64,000 nt of DNA from a virus: IMG/VR virus record IMGVR_UViG_3300045988_119033; one strand, given 5' to 3'. The first letter of the stretch is position 1. Every line of letters begins with the position of its first letter. The position numbers were made by a program, and so were the translations under genes. Of this stretch, positions 53,836 to 63,309 are shown in pieces. The notes under the pieces were generated by a model that saw nothing but the letters and a program-made list of their open reading frames with translations, had not been told where the DNA came from and made no database searches.

Positions 53836-55536
53836 TTATTTTTTGTCATCTCCTTTTAGCTTCTTTAAAGTATCTGCAATCGGAAGCTGATCAATGACTC
53901 CCAATGCCGGAGCGACGGTCTTAACAACATTGTTAAGGAAATTACCGGTACTGTTCTGACCGCCGTCAAATACCGTGATATTTCCGAGGTTAATGTGCTC
54001 AAATGCCTTAACCTGTTCTCCAGCAATTTCTTTCCACTGATTAACCATCTTGTACTGGATGGCTATCTGAGGATTGGATTCTGCTGCTTCCACCATAGCC
54101 TTAAATCCCTCTGCTTCTGCCATCAACGACTTTTTCTTACCTTCGGCTTCTGCTTCCAACTTCATCTTAATAGCCTTTGCTTCGGCTTCTGCTTTTGCCA
54201 AATTGGCTGCTGCTTCAGCGGCAGCCCGGCGTTTAATCTTTTCTGCTTCAGCATCAGCTTGCAAAATAGCTTCTTGCTTCTGGGTTTCAGCCGGCACAAT
54301 CTTTTCAGCTCGAAGCGCAGCTTGAACTTTCTCAGCCTTAGCCTCTTCCACTTCTTTATCAGCAAGCTCTTTTGCCGTTTTTACAGCCGCTTCCGACTTA
54401 ACCCTCTCTTCTCCAGCCTTCTTTTCTGATTGAGCTTTGATAACCTGTAATTCTGATTCTGATATAGCAACCTCTTTCTGGGCATTGTTATAACCCACAG
54501 ATGCGTTTTTCTCAGCTTCAGCTTTCTTGATCTGAGCTTCGGAATCTTGGATTGCTATAGCTGCTTGTTTATCAGCCTCAGCCTTATTCTTTCCGACTTC
54601 TTCCATTCTTTCAGCCTCAGCTTTGTTTACCTCAAGTTCTGCCTTAGATCTTGCAATCGCCGATTCTTTGTCAGCCAAAGTCTTTGCAATAACCGCAGCC
54701 CTATCTCTATCGGCTTGAGCTACACCGATCTGTTTTTCTTTATCGGTTAAAGCCAAAGCTACTTCTTTTTCTTTCTTTGTTTCAGCTACTACCGTTTCCT
54801 TTTCTTTTTCAGTATAGGCAATTTGAATCTCTTGCTCTTTTTGGGTATTAGCTACAGCCGTTTCTTTTTCCTTTTGCTGTACAGCAATCTTAATAGCACC
54901 CAGCTTTTCCTGTTCTTCGATATTAGCCTGTGCTTCGTTCAGGGCCTTACTTTCAGCTTCTTTGCCAAGATTCATGATATAGCCGGCTTCGTCTCTGATG
55001 TCACTGATGTTGATATTTAGGAGGTAAAGGCCTAACTTATTAAGTTCGTTATCAATGTTTTTTCTTGCCTTATCCAAAAACTCATCCCTGTCAGAATTAA
55101 GTTTTTCAATCGTCATTTCAGCAATGATCAAACGCATTTGGCCATAAACGATATCCGTAATAAGATTTTCAGTAGATTCAGTATCCATCCCCAAAAGCCT
55201 TTCTGCTGCATTCTGCATAATTTCAGGATTTGTGCTGATTGCTACTGTAATAGTAGTAGGTACATCCACTCTGATATTTTGAGACGACAAAGCACCGGTG
55301 AGCCTACAATCTATTTGCATAGGCTCCATAGACAAAATATCATAGCTTTGAATAATAGGCAAGACGAATGCCGCTCCACCATGATATAATTTCGCCGATT
55401 TCTTTTCCCCACCTGTCTTACCATAAACGACCAAGACTTGATTAGGCTTACATCTACGATACCTTGATAAGACTCCGATGATTGTCAAAATAATCACTAC
55501 AGCTAAAATAGCTGACACGTACATGATTGTTGTCAT
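53836..55536 (-). CDS. floT: Flotillin (FloT/YuaG-like SPFH/band-7 protein with EA-repeat coiled coil)
   Basis: N-terminal TM helix, then an SPFH core (KPNQVLVVYGKTGG, GGAAFVLPIIQSYDILS, ISDIRDEAGYIMNLGKEAESKA) that aligns closely with B. subtilis FloT. Long Glu/Ala/Lys-rich repeats follow. Confidence 0.8.
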   Translation of the reverse strand: MTTIMYVSAILAVVIILTIIGVLSRYRRCKPNQVLVVYGKTGGEKKSAKLYHGGAAFVLPIIQSYDILSMEPMQIDCRLTGALSSQNIRVDVPTTITVAISTNPEIMQNAAERLLGMDTESTENLITDIVYGQMRLIIAEMTIEKLNSDRDEFLDKARKNIDNELNKLGLYLLNINISDIRDEAGYIMNLGKEAESKALNEAQANIEEQEKLGAIKIAVQQKEKETAVANTQKEQEIQIAYTEKEKETVVAETKKEKEVALALTDKEKQIGVAQADRDRAAVIAKTLADKESAIARSKAELEVNKAEAERMEEVGKNKAEADKQAAIAIQDSEAQIKKAEAEKNASVGYNNAQKEVAISESELQVIKAQSEKKAGEERVKSEAAVKTAKELADKEVEEAKAEKVQAALRAEKIVPAETQKQEAILQADAEAEKIKRRAAAEAAANLAKAEAEAKAIKMKLEAEAEGKKKSLMAEAEGFKAMVEAAESNPQIAIQYKMVNQWKEIAGEQVKAFEHINLGNITVFDGGQNSTGNFLNNVVKTVAPALGVIDQLPIADTLKKLKGDDKK

Positions 55537-55567
55537 AACTTTTAAAATTTAATTGTTGATAAAAAAA

Positions 55568-56062
55568 TTAGATACTTAATTCTCCTTCTTCGTATTTTAT
55601 ATTCACCTTGTCACCGTTTTTGTAATTTTTTCCAGACAAGCACCTCACTCTCATCTGTTCCTGTCTTCCATTTTTAGAAATATTTACCATATAATGATTC
55701 TTACCTGATCTAAATACTATCTCCACCTCTCTGCCATTTAAATCTTCCGGACATTCGTACACCATTTCTTGTTTTAACTTAAGAAGTAACTTATATACGT
55801 AAAACAAAACGATAAAGAAAAATGACCCTATTACGACCCCTACTAAATGGGAACCCGAAAAGTATGTGGTCCAGCTATATCCAAGAATAAAATGTGTTAT
55901 GCCCTTGAATGATATGATGTCCGACAAAGACATGCTTAAATCAGAAGCGCTGTTAATGTCAATATCCGTATCCAGATCAGATCCTAATATCGATAACAAA
56001 AACTGTATAACAAAAGCAAATGACGCTATTAAAGCCATGCATAAAATTATATCACTTCCCAT
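55568..56062 (-). CDS. NfeD-family membrane protein (flotillin partner; TM helices plus C-terminal OB-fold)
   Basis: Three hydrophobic helices followed by the beta-rich GREVEIVF...GDKVNIKYEEGELSI. Sits immediately upstream of the flotillin gene, as in the floT-nfeD and yqiK-yqiJ operons. Confidence 0.6.
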   Translation of the reverse strand: MGSDIILCMALIASFAFVIQFLLSILGSDLDTDIDINSASDLSMSLSDIISFKGITHFILGYSWTTYFSGSHLVGVVIGSFFFIVLFYVYKLLLKLKQEMVYECPEDLNGREVEIVFRSGKNHYMVNISKNGRQEQMRVRCLSGKNYKNGDKVNIKYEEGELSI

Positions 56063-56303
56063 ATCCTTCTGTTATTATTTTGTAAACAAGATCAGTCATT
56101 TCTTTGATGGATTCTGTATAATAATCAATAATAACAATATTGAATTTTTGTTCCACCATCACATCAAGCTCAACTTTATCAATAGAATCTAATCCAAGTT
56201 CTTCAAACGACACATCTTCTTCATGAATCATATCCATTTCCGAATGAAGAAACTGAGTAATAATCATATCCTCTATGATCTTTCTGATTTCTACTTTTTC
56301 CAT
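56052..56303 (-). CDS. acpP: Acyl carrier protein
   Basis: 83 aa. SFEELGLDSIDKVEL aligns with the ACP phosphopantetheine-attachment motif (DSL) and helix II. Confidence 0.7.
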   Translation of the reverse strand: MEKVEIRKIIEDMIITQFLHSEMDMIHEEDVSFEELGLDSIDKVELDVMVEQKFNIVIIDYYTESIKEMTDLVYKIITEGYGK

Positions 56304-57004
56304 TGCTTTCTAATTTTATTAAATAAATACGTTTTTATGTTTTTCAACCTCTCTTTGTCTGTTTCCGAACTTCCGGTAAACAAATAATCCGGATTTCCTT
56401 TAGCCGGCGGCGTAGGCAATTTAGATACGGCAAACAACCAATCCATTTCCTTATTCTTCTTAGACTCCAAATAAGGCTCGGTAGCGATCTTAAATTTTTC
56501 AGCTATTAAGTCAAAGAGCTTTGAGTTTTTAAGGTTCATATGGACTGAAAAAGCCTGAGAAGGCGGTTTCCATATGAAGTTACATAAGCTCATTGTGTAA
56601 TCTCCTGACTCTGCTATATAAGATTCTGTTACCTGAAGTATGACCTCTTTCTTAAATGAGGTGTTACCCATAAACCAACACAATCTGGATTCCGCTTCTT
56701 TTCTGCTGACACCTATGTCTTTTGAATATGATTCGTACATTCCTATCATAATCTTCAACGTTTCCAGAACCTCGTCCGTCATTTCCGGTGTCTCTATATA
56801 ATTCACAAAAGACGTTCCTTTGTTGGTTAATCTCATCACGCCTGATTTTAATTTCTCAACCAGGCCAAGCTCTATATACCTCCCAGCATCTTCTTCCGGC
56901 ATGGCTTCGATCATAACCGAATCCTTCTGTCTTATGGCAAGAAGATTAGCGAGATCATTAGGAGTCATGTCTGATGCTGCAAGTTGTCTGAAATTGATGT
57001 ACAT
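56291..57004 (-). CDS. Hypothetical protein (237 aa) in the same operon as the ACP
   Basis: ORF overlapping the ACP start. Confidence 0.45.
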   Translation of the reverse strand: MYINFRQLAASDMTPNDLANLLAIRQKDSVMIEAMPEEDAGRYIELGLVEKLKSGVMRLTNKGTSFVNYIETPEMTDEVLETLKIMIGMYESYSKDIGVSRKEAESRLCWFMGNTSFKKEVILQVTESYIAESGDYTMSLCNFIWKPPSQAFSVHMNLKNSKLFDLIAEKFKIATEPYLESKKNKEMDWLFAVSKLPTPPAKGNPDYLFTGSSETDKERLKNIKTYLFNKIRKQWKK

Positions 57005-57006
57005 GC

Positions 57007-57213
57007 CTAATCAGCTTTAATAAAAATAACATCCTTGTTATCCTCCCTCTCCGCGTGATTACACGGACCTGCAACCACACCCACTGCCCCGCATGTAAAG
57101 TAATTAAATATACATCCTTCACATCCTGCATCTGGTGCCGTAGGTTCTACGCATTTTAATCTCACAAGTCCGGCATCAAACACTTCTCCTATTTTAAATT
57201 CCTTCTTTTCCAT
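57007..57213 (-). CDS. Small Cys-rich protein (68 aa)
   Basis: Five Cys: CVEP...CEGC...C...C. Confidence 0.4.
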   Translation of the reverse strand: MEKKEFKIGEVFDAGLVRLKCVEPTAPDAGCEGCIFNYFTCGAVGVVAGPCNHAEREDNKDVIFIKAD

Positions 57214-57228
57214 ATTTCCTCCTTGTTT

Positions 57229-57831
57229 TTAACTGTTGTATCCTTCTTTGATAATCGAATTTCTACCGGTAGATACCGACTGTCGAAGATCGTCATGTAC
57301 AGAATCTACCGTAGAATACTTGTTTCTGGTTGTAAAAATCACTTCCAGCATCTCCTTGTAATCACCTAAAGCCACTTCGTATCTTGGATCCACTTTGGCT
57401 TTTCTTTCAGCCTCGGCATTACTTTTAGCCAGCTCTCGGTCGAGAAGATCTTCTTTGATTCGGTCAGCAATCATATCAAGCTCTTTTTTGATTACTTCGC
57501 CGGCTGCCCGAAGTTGACCTTCTACGTCACCAAGCTGATCTTGGACGGTTCCTATTTCTTTCTTTAAACGATCGTATTCGTTAATCATACCCATATCACC
57601 TGCATAGCCGGAAAAGTCCTTGATTATTCTGGTTCCTTCTTTAAGGAGCTCAATAACTCGTCTTTTGCGTTCTCTGCTTATTAAAGACGGAAGACGATAA
57701 TTCATATCCGCCACCGCCTTGTCGTGTATGGAGTTGATTAAAAACATCTCTCTTTCATCCCCTGCGAACTCAGTAAGAACCAAAAGGAACTTACTTATCA
57801 GGTATTCGTTTTCTTCTACGGTAAGTCTCAT
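57229..57831 (-). CDS. Hypothetical coiled-coil protein (200 aa)
   Basis: ORF. Confidence 0.45.
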   Translation of the reverse strand: MRLTVEENEYLISKFLLVLTEFAGDEREMFLINSIHDKAVADMNYRLPSLISRERKRRVIELLKEGTRIIKDFSGYAGDMGMINEYDRLKKEIGTVQDQLGDVEGQLRAAGEVIKKELDMIADRIKEDLLDRELAKSNAEAERKAKVDPRYEVALGDYKEMLEVIFTTRNKYSTVDSVHDDLRQSVSTGRNSIIKEGYNS

Positions 57832-57844
57832 ACGTTTCTTTTTT

Positions 57845-58978
57845 TTAATATACTGACTGTTCTTCCTTTACCTCTTGTTCTTGATCTTGATTGTTCGTAA
57901 CGTCTTCCACAGTATAGAGCTTGGGCGGCGTCGGCGGCTGGTTGGGGTTCACGAACTTCGTCCCTCCCTCCCCGTACATCCATCCATGCCCCGGCAGGAT
58001 CTCTGGGTGGATTGTATTAGTAAGCTCTTCCATACTAACTTGCCTTACCTTCAGTATATGATGAAACACCAGTCCGGCTGTCCTGAATGATGTTTTGTTT
58101 TCAGTTTTAAACCGGTCAAGAGTCTGATACCAATCTTTCCCAAATATCATATACTTATCCAGTCCGTATCTGCGAGGATTATGCAAGCCTATCATTAACG
58201 TACATAACTGACCCAGCGTATCAGATTGGTAAAAATCAGAAAGACGCGGAGGCTGCTCTTGAGGGCTTTTTATCCTTCCTTCTATCTCTCTGTTGAATTG
58301 GGATATGATGAGGAAAAATATGTTTTTATATACTAATTTAGCCTCGTTCATAACCGCCACCAAATCATCTATAGCCGACTTAGGATCCAATCCCATTCTT
58401 TTTATCAAAGCAATATGATCGACTTTAAATATTATAAGACGTTTGTCTTTATGCTTAGTAGCTATATGATATACAGCCGCCTCAAACTCTTTTACCGTAC
58501 ACGGAGCGTCGATGTATATTATATTATTTCTGATTTCACCTTGAAGGATTTCAAACATCCTCATCTCTTCTACTGTATTAGAATCTTGCCTTCTTAATAT
58601 TTCAGGAGCCCGCTTTTTCATATCCTGACTCATTCTGCGAAGAAGAAGATCTTGAGGATTCATTTCGAACTCGCAATTGACAAGAAAATAATCTTCTGCT
58701 TGCGGGTTGATCATCGGATTCATCACATTTTCCAATATCTTTTGGGCCACATACGATTTACCTACAGATGGCCGGGCTCCTATGGCAATAGCGTGCTGAG
58801 GAAAAATACCTCCAAGCAAAGCCTCATCAATATAATCGTATCCGGTTTTAGCGGGGATAAGCTCTCCCCGCCTGTATTTCAAAATATTCTCATACGCCTC
58901 TTCCATAACCTGTTTAGAGGTCTTGAATATCCTTCTTATGTCTATCCTATTTGCTATCTCCTCGTGCATTTTTGTCAC
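57845..58978 (-). CDS. DnaB-like helicase, C-terminal (RecA-fold) domain
   Basis: Walker A GARPSVGKS and overall DnaB_C-like layout. At 377 aa it is too short to include the N-terminal DnaB domain. Confidence 0.6.
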   Translation of the reverse strand: MTKMHEEIANRIDIRRIFKTSKQVMEEAYENILKYRRGELIPAKTGYDYIDEALLGGIFPQHAIAIGARPSVGKSYVAQKILENVMNPMINPQAEDYFLVNCEFEMNPQDLLLRRMSQDMKKRAPEILRRQDSNTVEEMRMFEILQGEIRNNIIYIDAPCTVKEFEAAVYHIATKHKDKRLIIFKVDHIALIKRMGLDPKSAIDDLVAVMNEAKLVYKNIFFLIISQFNREIEGRIKSPQEQPPRLSDFYQSDTLGQLCTLMIGLHNPRRYGLDKYMIFGKDWYQTLDRFKTENKTSFRTAGLVFHHILKVRQVSMEELTNTIHPEILPGHGWMYGEGGTKFVNPNQPPTPPKLYTVEDVTNNQDQEQEVKEEQSVY

Positions 58979-59225
58979 CTTTTGTATCCGATTTGGATCC
59001 CCTATTAGCTTTTACTGATTTATACCTAAGACCGTTCTTGGTATGAGAACAATCCTTGCCTTTCCTCCAGCCCTTACCCTTCTTCTTGTCCGTTTCGTAG
59101 TTTTTACGACCAAGCTCCCGGCGTTTGGCTTTCTGTTCCGGTCTGGCATTTATCTCCTTGTCCTTTTTAGCCTTTTTCTTCCTGGCTTCGGGGTGAGTCC
59201 TGTAGTACTCTGTTGATCTGCCCAT
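58947..59225 (-). CDS. Highly basic small protein (92 aa)
   Basis: Lys/Arg-rich ORF. Confidence 0.35.
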   Translation of the reverse strand: MGRSTEYYRTHPEARKKKAKKDKEINARPEQKAKRRELGRKNYETDKKKGKGWRKGKDCSHTKNGLRYKSVKANRGSKSDTKGDKNARGDSK

Positions 59226-59277
59226 GTGCTTATATTTTTTTTGATTAATAATAGCACAAAGATAGGCAATTCGCGCC

Positions 59278-59844
59278 CTATTTCAACCTGCCGTAGCTCA
59301 TATCAGGATCACACCAGACATACCCGTCTTTCTCATCATGAAGATACTCAGGACATCCTCTACATGCGCTACTTCCTGACACTATTTGATTGTTTTTATT
59401 AGGGCACTTATCTCCGGGTTTATGCCATTCTATTCTCGAACCTGATCGTTCTTTGTTTACATGACAGAACTGAAAGACTTTTCCCATCGTCTTCTCGCCA
59501 AACATACCTATATGTGTGTACTCTTCCGGTATAGCGAGAAATTCAGATAAATCTTTATACATCCTTTCCCGTTCCTCCGGCGTAGACCATAGTCTGTCAA
59601 GTTCGGCATGGACTCTTATCTTAAGAGGCCTCAGTGATGGCCCCGCAAGCCGGCCTTTAGCTTTTCCCTTATTCGGCCCTGATTCATGAACACCGACATA
59701 AGCATTGCATGGTTTGCACATCATAACCATCCCTAAGCCTTTTCTGTTATATATTTTATCGGCATTGACCAGCTCAGTTTCTTTTCCGCAATAAGGACAA
59801 ATTTCGCCTCTTAAAACCCGTTGTTGGCGCTCATTAAGTTCCAT
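59278..59844 (-). CDS. Zinc-finger protein (188 aa)
   Basis: CPYCG ... CKPC and further Cys/His clusters. Confidence 0.45.
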   Translation of the reverse strand: MELNERQQRVLRGEICPYCGKETELVNADKIYNRKGLGMVMMCKPCNAYVGVHESGPNKGKAKGRLAGPSLRPLKIRVHAELDRLWSTPEERERMYKDLSEFLAIPEEYTHIGMFGEKTMGKVFQFCHVNKERSGSRIEWHKPGDKCPNKNNQIVSGSSACRGCPEYLHDEKDGYVWCDPDMSYGRLK

Positions 59845-60086
59845 ACCCTATTCTTTTGTTTTTCTTTAAACTTTTCATACAAACTGCTTTCAGTTTCCAT
59901 TTCTGAGATCTCTACCTCTACGTCCTCTCTTTTGAAAATTACTTTCTTGGCTGTCGGATACGCACATTTAGAGATACGAATAGCGTTACGAATAGCGTAA
60001 ACAAAATACGTTTCTGGTGACGATTCGATCACCACTACCTCATTTAAAGTGTTTTTGTAATTTTCCATATCATCTACTTGCTTCAA
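59811..60086 (-). CDS. Hypothetical protein (91 aa)
   Basis: ORF. Confidence 0.35.
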   Translation of the reverse strand: MKQVDDMENYKNTLNEVVVIESSPETYFVYAIRNAIRISKCAYPTAKKVIFKREDVEVEISEMETESSLYEKFKEKQKNRVWNLMSANNGF

Positions 60087-60420
60087 TTATATAACCCGGA
60101 TGATCTTCGCACGCCTCTTTATATTCGATAAGAAACTTAAGAAATGAATCATAAGACCCCCATCCATTTTCCGGCTCGTATTTCAAAAGACTTTTTCTCT
60201 TGGAGATCATAATACATATACCTTTTGTAAGTACATTCTTCATCTCATTGGTATATATTTCTCTATACAATTCTTCTGGTCTCCAAACATAATCGTACAG
60301 CGTTTCTTTATTTTCTGATACGAATATTCTTTGTGCCATCTTGTTCATGTTATGGGTGATGTTTGCAACCCATTCACGATCTTCTTCCTTCTTGTTCTTA
60401 ATATAAACATCCAGGCTCAT
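60070..60420 (-). CDS. Hypothetical protein (116 aa)
   Basis: ORF. Confidence 0.4.
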   Translation of the reverse strand: MSLDVYIKNKKEEDREWVANITHNMNKMAQRIFVSENKETLYDYVWRPEELYREIYTNEMKNVLTKGICIMISKRKSLLKYEPENGWGSYDSFLKFLIEYKEACEDHPGYIIEASR

Positions 60421-61411
60421 GATATTTTTCTTTTATTTTGTTGCTAATTATCAAATCTGCCACATCATCTCCGTCTCCTACATTTTCAACATTTTGAAGA
60501 TAGTCCGATACTTTTATCCTTGACTTCATCATCATCCCATCTATCTTTTTACTCCATGTCTCAAATGCTTGTCCTTTGTCCGGAAAAGCTACGGTCTTTC
60601 TATCTTTTAAAACATCTATCACTTCCGGCCTTAGATTCTGCAACCCACCGGTAGCTACAAATAACTCATCCGGTTTATTCACAGCGCATATAATAGCCGT
60701 CTTTTCTGATTCCACCAGATTAACCACCTTATCCGGATACTGGCTTAGAAGATGTTCTCCAAACAGGCATTGTCTAAACAAGAAGTCTCTTGCATGCAAC
60801 GAGTGATAAAACATAACATGAGGCCGCTCATTGTCACCGTCTTTTTCCTTCACTCTTTTTACATCAATCTCATTCCCCTGGCTGTCGGTCTTTATGTAAA
60901 AATCCATAATCTTGCCGGTTCTACATACAAAGTCCTTATCTATCTGCCAGAATATACAACACCCCTTCCATCCCCATAAGTCCATTGTTCCAACATGATA
61001 CCTTCTAAATACGTCAGATACCCTTTCTTTTCCCCATAGAGACGATAAAAATCTAAATACGGTGTTTCTATCGTCTGGAACTACAGTCCTCTCAAACTCG
61101 CTAAAAGGTATGTAATTTACAACGTCAGGATTTACAGGAGGACGATAAGCTCTTATGCACTTATTTCCCGAAATCCAAAGATCTTTGTCACCTACATCCT
61201 TGCCGGTAGGTCGTTTATCATAACCGCAAGTTCGTTCATGATCGCATCTTCCAAACTCATTGCCAACGACCTGACCGGTCGCCACATCAATATAAGGGGT
61301 AAGGCACCGGCTTTTCCCGCAAGCCGGGCAGGTTAGCTTCAGTCGGCTCCTGCCAGGCCTGCGGTCAAGTTGAAACCGAGGTACGTTTTCGTATTTTCTA
61401 AAATCAAGCAT
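60398..61411 (-). CDS. Putative DNA primase (N-terminal zinc ribbon plus TOPRIM-like domain)
   Basis: CPACGK...CDHERTC zinc-binding motif. VESEKTAIICAVNKPDELFVATGG...FPDKGQAFE resembles the TOPRIM Glu and Asp motifs. Confidence 0.45.
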   Translation of the reverse strand: MLDFRKYENVPRFQLDRRPGRSRLKLTCPACGKSRCLTPYIDVATGQVVGNEFGRCDHERTCGYDKRPTGKDVGDKDLWISGNKCIRAYRPPVNPDVVNYIPFSEFERTVVPDDRNTVFRFLSSLWGKERVSDVFRRYHVGTMDLWGWKGCCIFWQIDKDFVCRTGKIMDFYIKTDSQGNEIDVKRVKEKDGDNERPHVMFYHSLHARDFLFRQCLFGEHLLSQYPDKVVNLVESEKTAIICAVNKPDELFVATGGLQNLRPEVIDVLKDRKTVAFPDKGQAFETWSKKIDGMMMKSRIKVSDYLQNVENVGDGDDVADLIISNKIKEKYHEPGCLY

Positions 61412-61754
61412 TTTTAATTCCTCTCATTGCTTCTATGATTCTATCTGCTATAGTTATAGACCATGACACCACATCCGGTACATATACTCCGCAATCTATT
61501 TCACCTTTTCTATTTTGTGCTTTAATAAACTCAATAGAATAAGCCTTAACAAGATCGAATCTACGTTGCTCCCAGTCTACATCTTTGTTTTCATCATCCA
61601 CAGGAAGGGTATCGAGATAAAAATTTAAACTCTCACTTATCACACTCCCATTATTACCATAGAACTGTATTCTGTCATGGTCGCTTCTTGTAGTTGAGCT
61701 ACTAAAGGTGATTACGTCTATTATCTCTCCTGTTTTTCTAATTTTTCTCTTCAT
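61404..61754 (-). CDS. Hypothetical protein (116 aa)
   Basis: ORF. Confidence 0.4.
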   Translation of the reverse strand: MKRKIRKTGEIIDVITFSSSTTRSDHDRIQFYGNNGSVISESLNFYLDTLPVDDENKDVDWEQRRFDLVKAYSIEFIKAQNRKGEIDCGVYVPDVVSWSITIADRIIEAMRGIKNA

Positions 61755-61984
61755 ACTCTTCTTGTATTTCTGACCAGTATAGGCATTATTGTTTCAACGG
61801 TCTTGCCATATTTCTTATGAGATGCAAGTACGCATATTGCATATTTATCTCCTATTCTCAAATCTTTCGATAATCTTAATCTCGAACCCCTTTCGATATT
61901 AATAAAATAATCACCAAAAGGATTGATATGTATCGGTTTTACGATTTCCACATAATCTCCTTTAGGAATAACAATATCGCTCAT
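61751..61984 (-). CDS. Hypothetical protein (77 aa)
   Basis: ORF. Confidence 0.35.
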   Translation of the reverse strand: MSDIVIPKGDYVEIVKPIHINPFGDYFINIERGSRLRLSKDLRIGDKYAICVLASHKKYGKTVETIMPILVRNTRRV

Positions 61985-63309
61985 ATTACGAATCTTTTAG
62001 ACATTTCCTCTGCAATATCATATACAACAATATGATCCTCTTCATTGTACGGCTTATTGATATTCAACACTCCTTTTCTCACTTTGAACTTCTTATCTTT
62101 TCTAAGGTGATTCAACATACCTTGTTGGAACACACAGTCCGCCTTTTCAAGTGCCACACTGTCTTCTGTCCATTCTTTCAGCGTATATCCTTTACTGCTC
62201 GTGCTTTTTGGAGAAAAGTTCATAATACGTGCATCAATGCCATACCATGCTTTAACCATTCTTCTTTCAGCTTCCAATTGGAATGCATATGATTCCCATA
62301 TTCCTCCCGATTTAAAGTCAAGAATGACCACTTCTTCTTTTTCCACTTCTCTTACTTCCTTCTTCGGATCACCTTTTTTGAACTGTCCGGTAGCCCTTTG
62401 ATATACGGCTCCAAAATAACCTTCTTCTTTGTATTTGAATGTCATTTTAACCATCGCATCAATAGGTGTTGCTACAAGGTAATCCTCTAAAGAAAGGATT
62501 CTTTCTATCATCATCGGTTTCACCTTGTAATCAGAACAGAATTTGGCAAACTTCATGACCCTGACAATCATATCGTCAAGATCATCTATGCTATTAAAGA
62601 ACCGATCAAGATTTTTCTTAGATATCTTCAGCTTGCCTTCTTGCACTGTCTTAACTACAAAGCTTCGATTTAAGACCATATCTCTACCTGTTAGGTACAA
62701 TCCGTATAAGTAGTGCATGATCGTTCCCTTATCGGCTTCATACTGCGCTACCTCTTCTGGATTGCGACCAAGCATCTTCATCTCTTGTTTCCATTCCTGA
62801 AGTGCCGTCTTATCATCTACATACCCATCTTTGATTAAAGTTGTTACCGAAGCATATATCTTAGCCGTCCCATCATCCATCTTTCTTACATAAAAACGAT
62901 TATCGTCTAATGTCAATCTTACGAATTTGGGTGTCTCAATCTTCTTCAACTCATCACAGATATAAAACGGCTCTAACGTTTCCTGGTTTTCTGTAAACGG
63001 ATTCGAGTCTTCTTCTCCAGGGTTAGGAGCGGCTTCCTCCGCCGGAGCTTCCGGTTCCTCCTTCTGGGCCTGCTCTGGCTCAGAAGCCGGCTCTTCAACT
63101 ACTGGAACCTGTCCGCCTCTTTCTGCTATGTCTCTGTTCTTTATTAAAGACATAGCTTCCTTTTTTAATTGCTCCGGTGTTTGATTAGGATCTGATACTG
63201 ACATCACAACATCGTTCATTCTAAACAACGTATTTCCTTCTCCTTCCACCATAGGTACAAACCCTAAATCTATTAATATTTTAATCTTTTCTTCTATCAT
63301 ATCTATCAA
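61981..63309 (-). CDS. Possible PD-(D/E)xK-type nuclease with an acidic/Pro-rich N-terminal linker (tentative)
   Basis: GTIMHYLYG (G..hH), IDAMVKM and VVILDFKSG (hhDhK) followed by YAFQ, reminiscent of RecB-family motifs. Confidence 0.3.
   Translation of the reverse strand: MIDMIEEKIKILIDLGFVPMVEGEGNTLFRMNDVVMSVSDPNQTPEQLKKEAMSLIKNRDIAERGGQVPVVEEPASEPEQAQKEEPEAPAEEAAPNPGEEDSNPFTENQETLEPFYICDELKKIETPKFVRLTLDDNRFYVRKMDDGTAKIYASVTTLIKDGYVDDKTALQEWKQEMKMLGRNPEEVAQYEADKGTIMHYLYGLYLTGRDMVLNRSFVVKTVQEGKLKISKKNLDRFFNSIDDLDDMIVRVMKFAKFCSDYKVKPMMIERILSLEDYLVATPIDAMVKMTFKYKEEGYFGAVYQRATGQFKKGDPKKEVREVEKEEVVILDFKSGGIWESYAFQLEAERRMVKAWYGIDARIMNFSPKSTSSKGYTLKEWTEDSVALEKADCVFQQGMLNHLRKDKKFKVRKGVLNINKPYNEEDHIVVYDIAEEMSKRFVI

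Noticed and set aside
53995-54429. Plus-strand ORFs inside the flotillin gene (53995-54429, 54074-54325) and a nested minus-strand ORF at 54162-54365
   Set aside because: These are artefacts of the GAA/GCT-rich EA-repeat region. The flotillin frame has clear SPFH homology.
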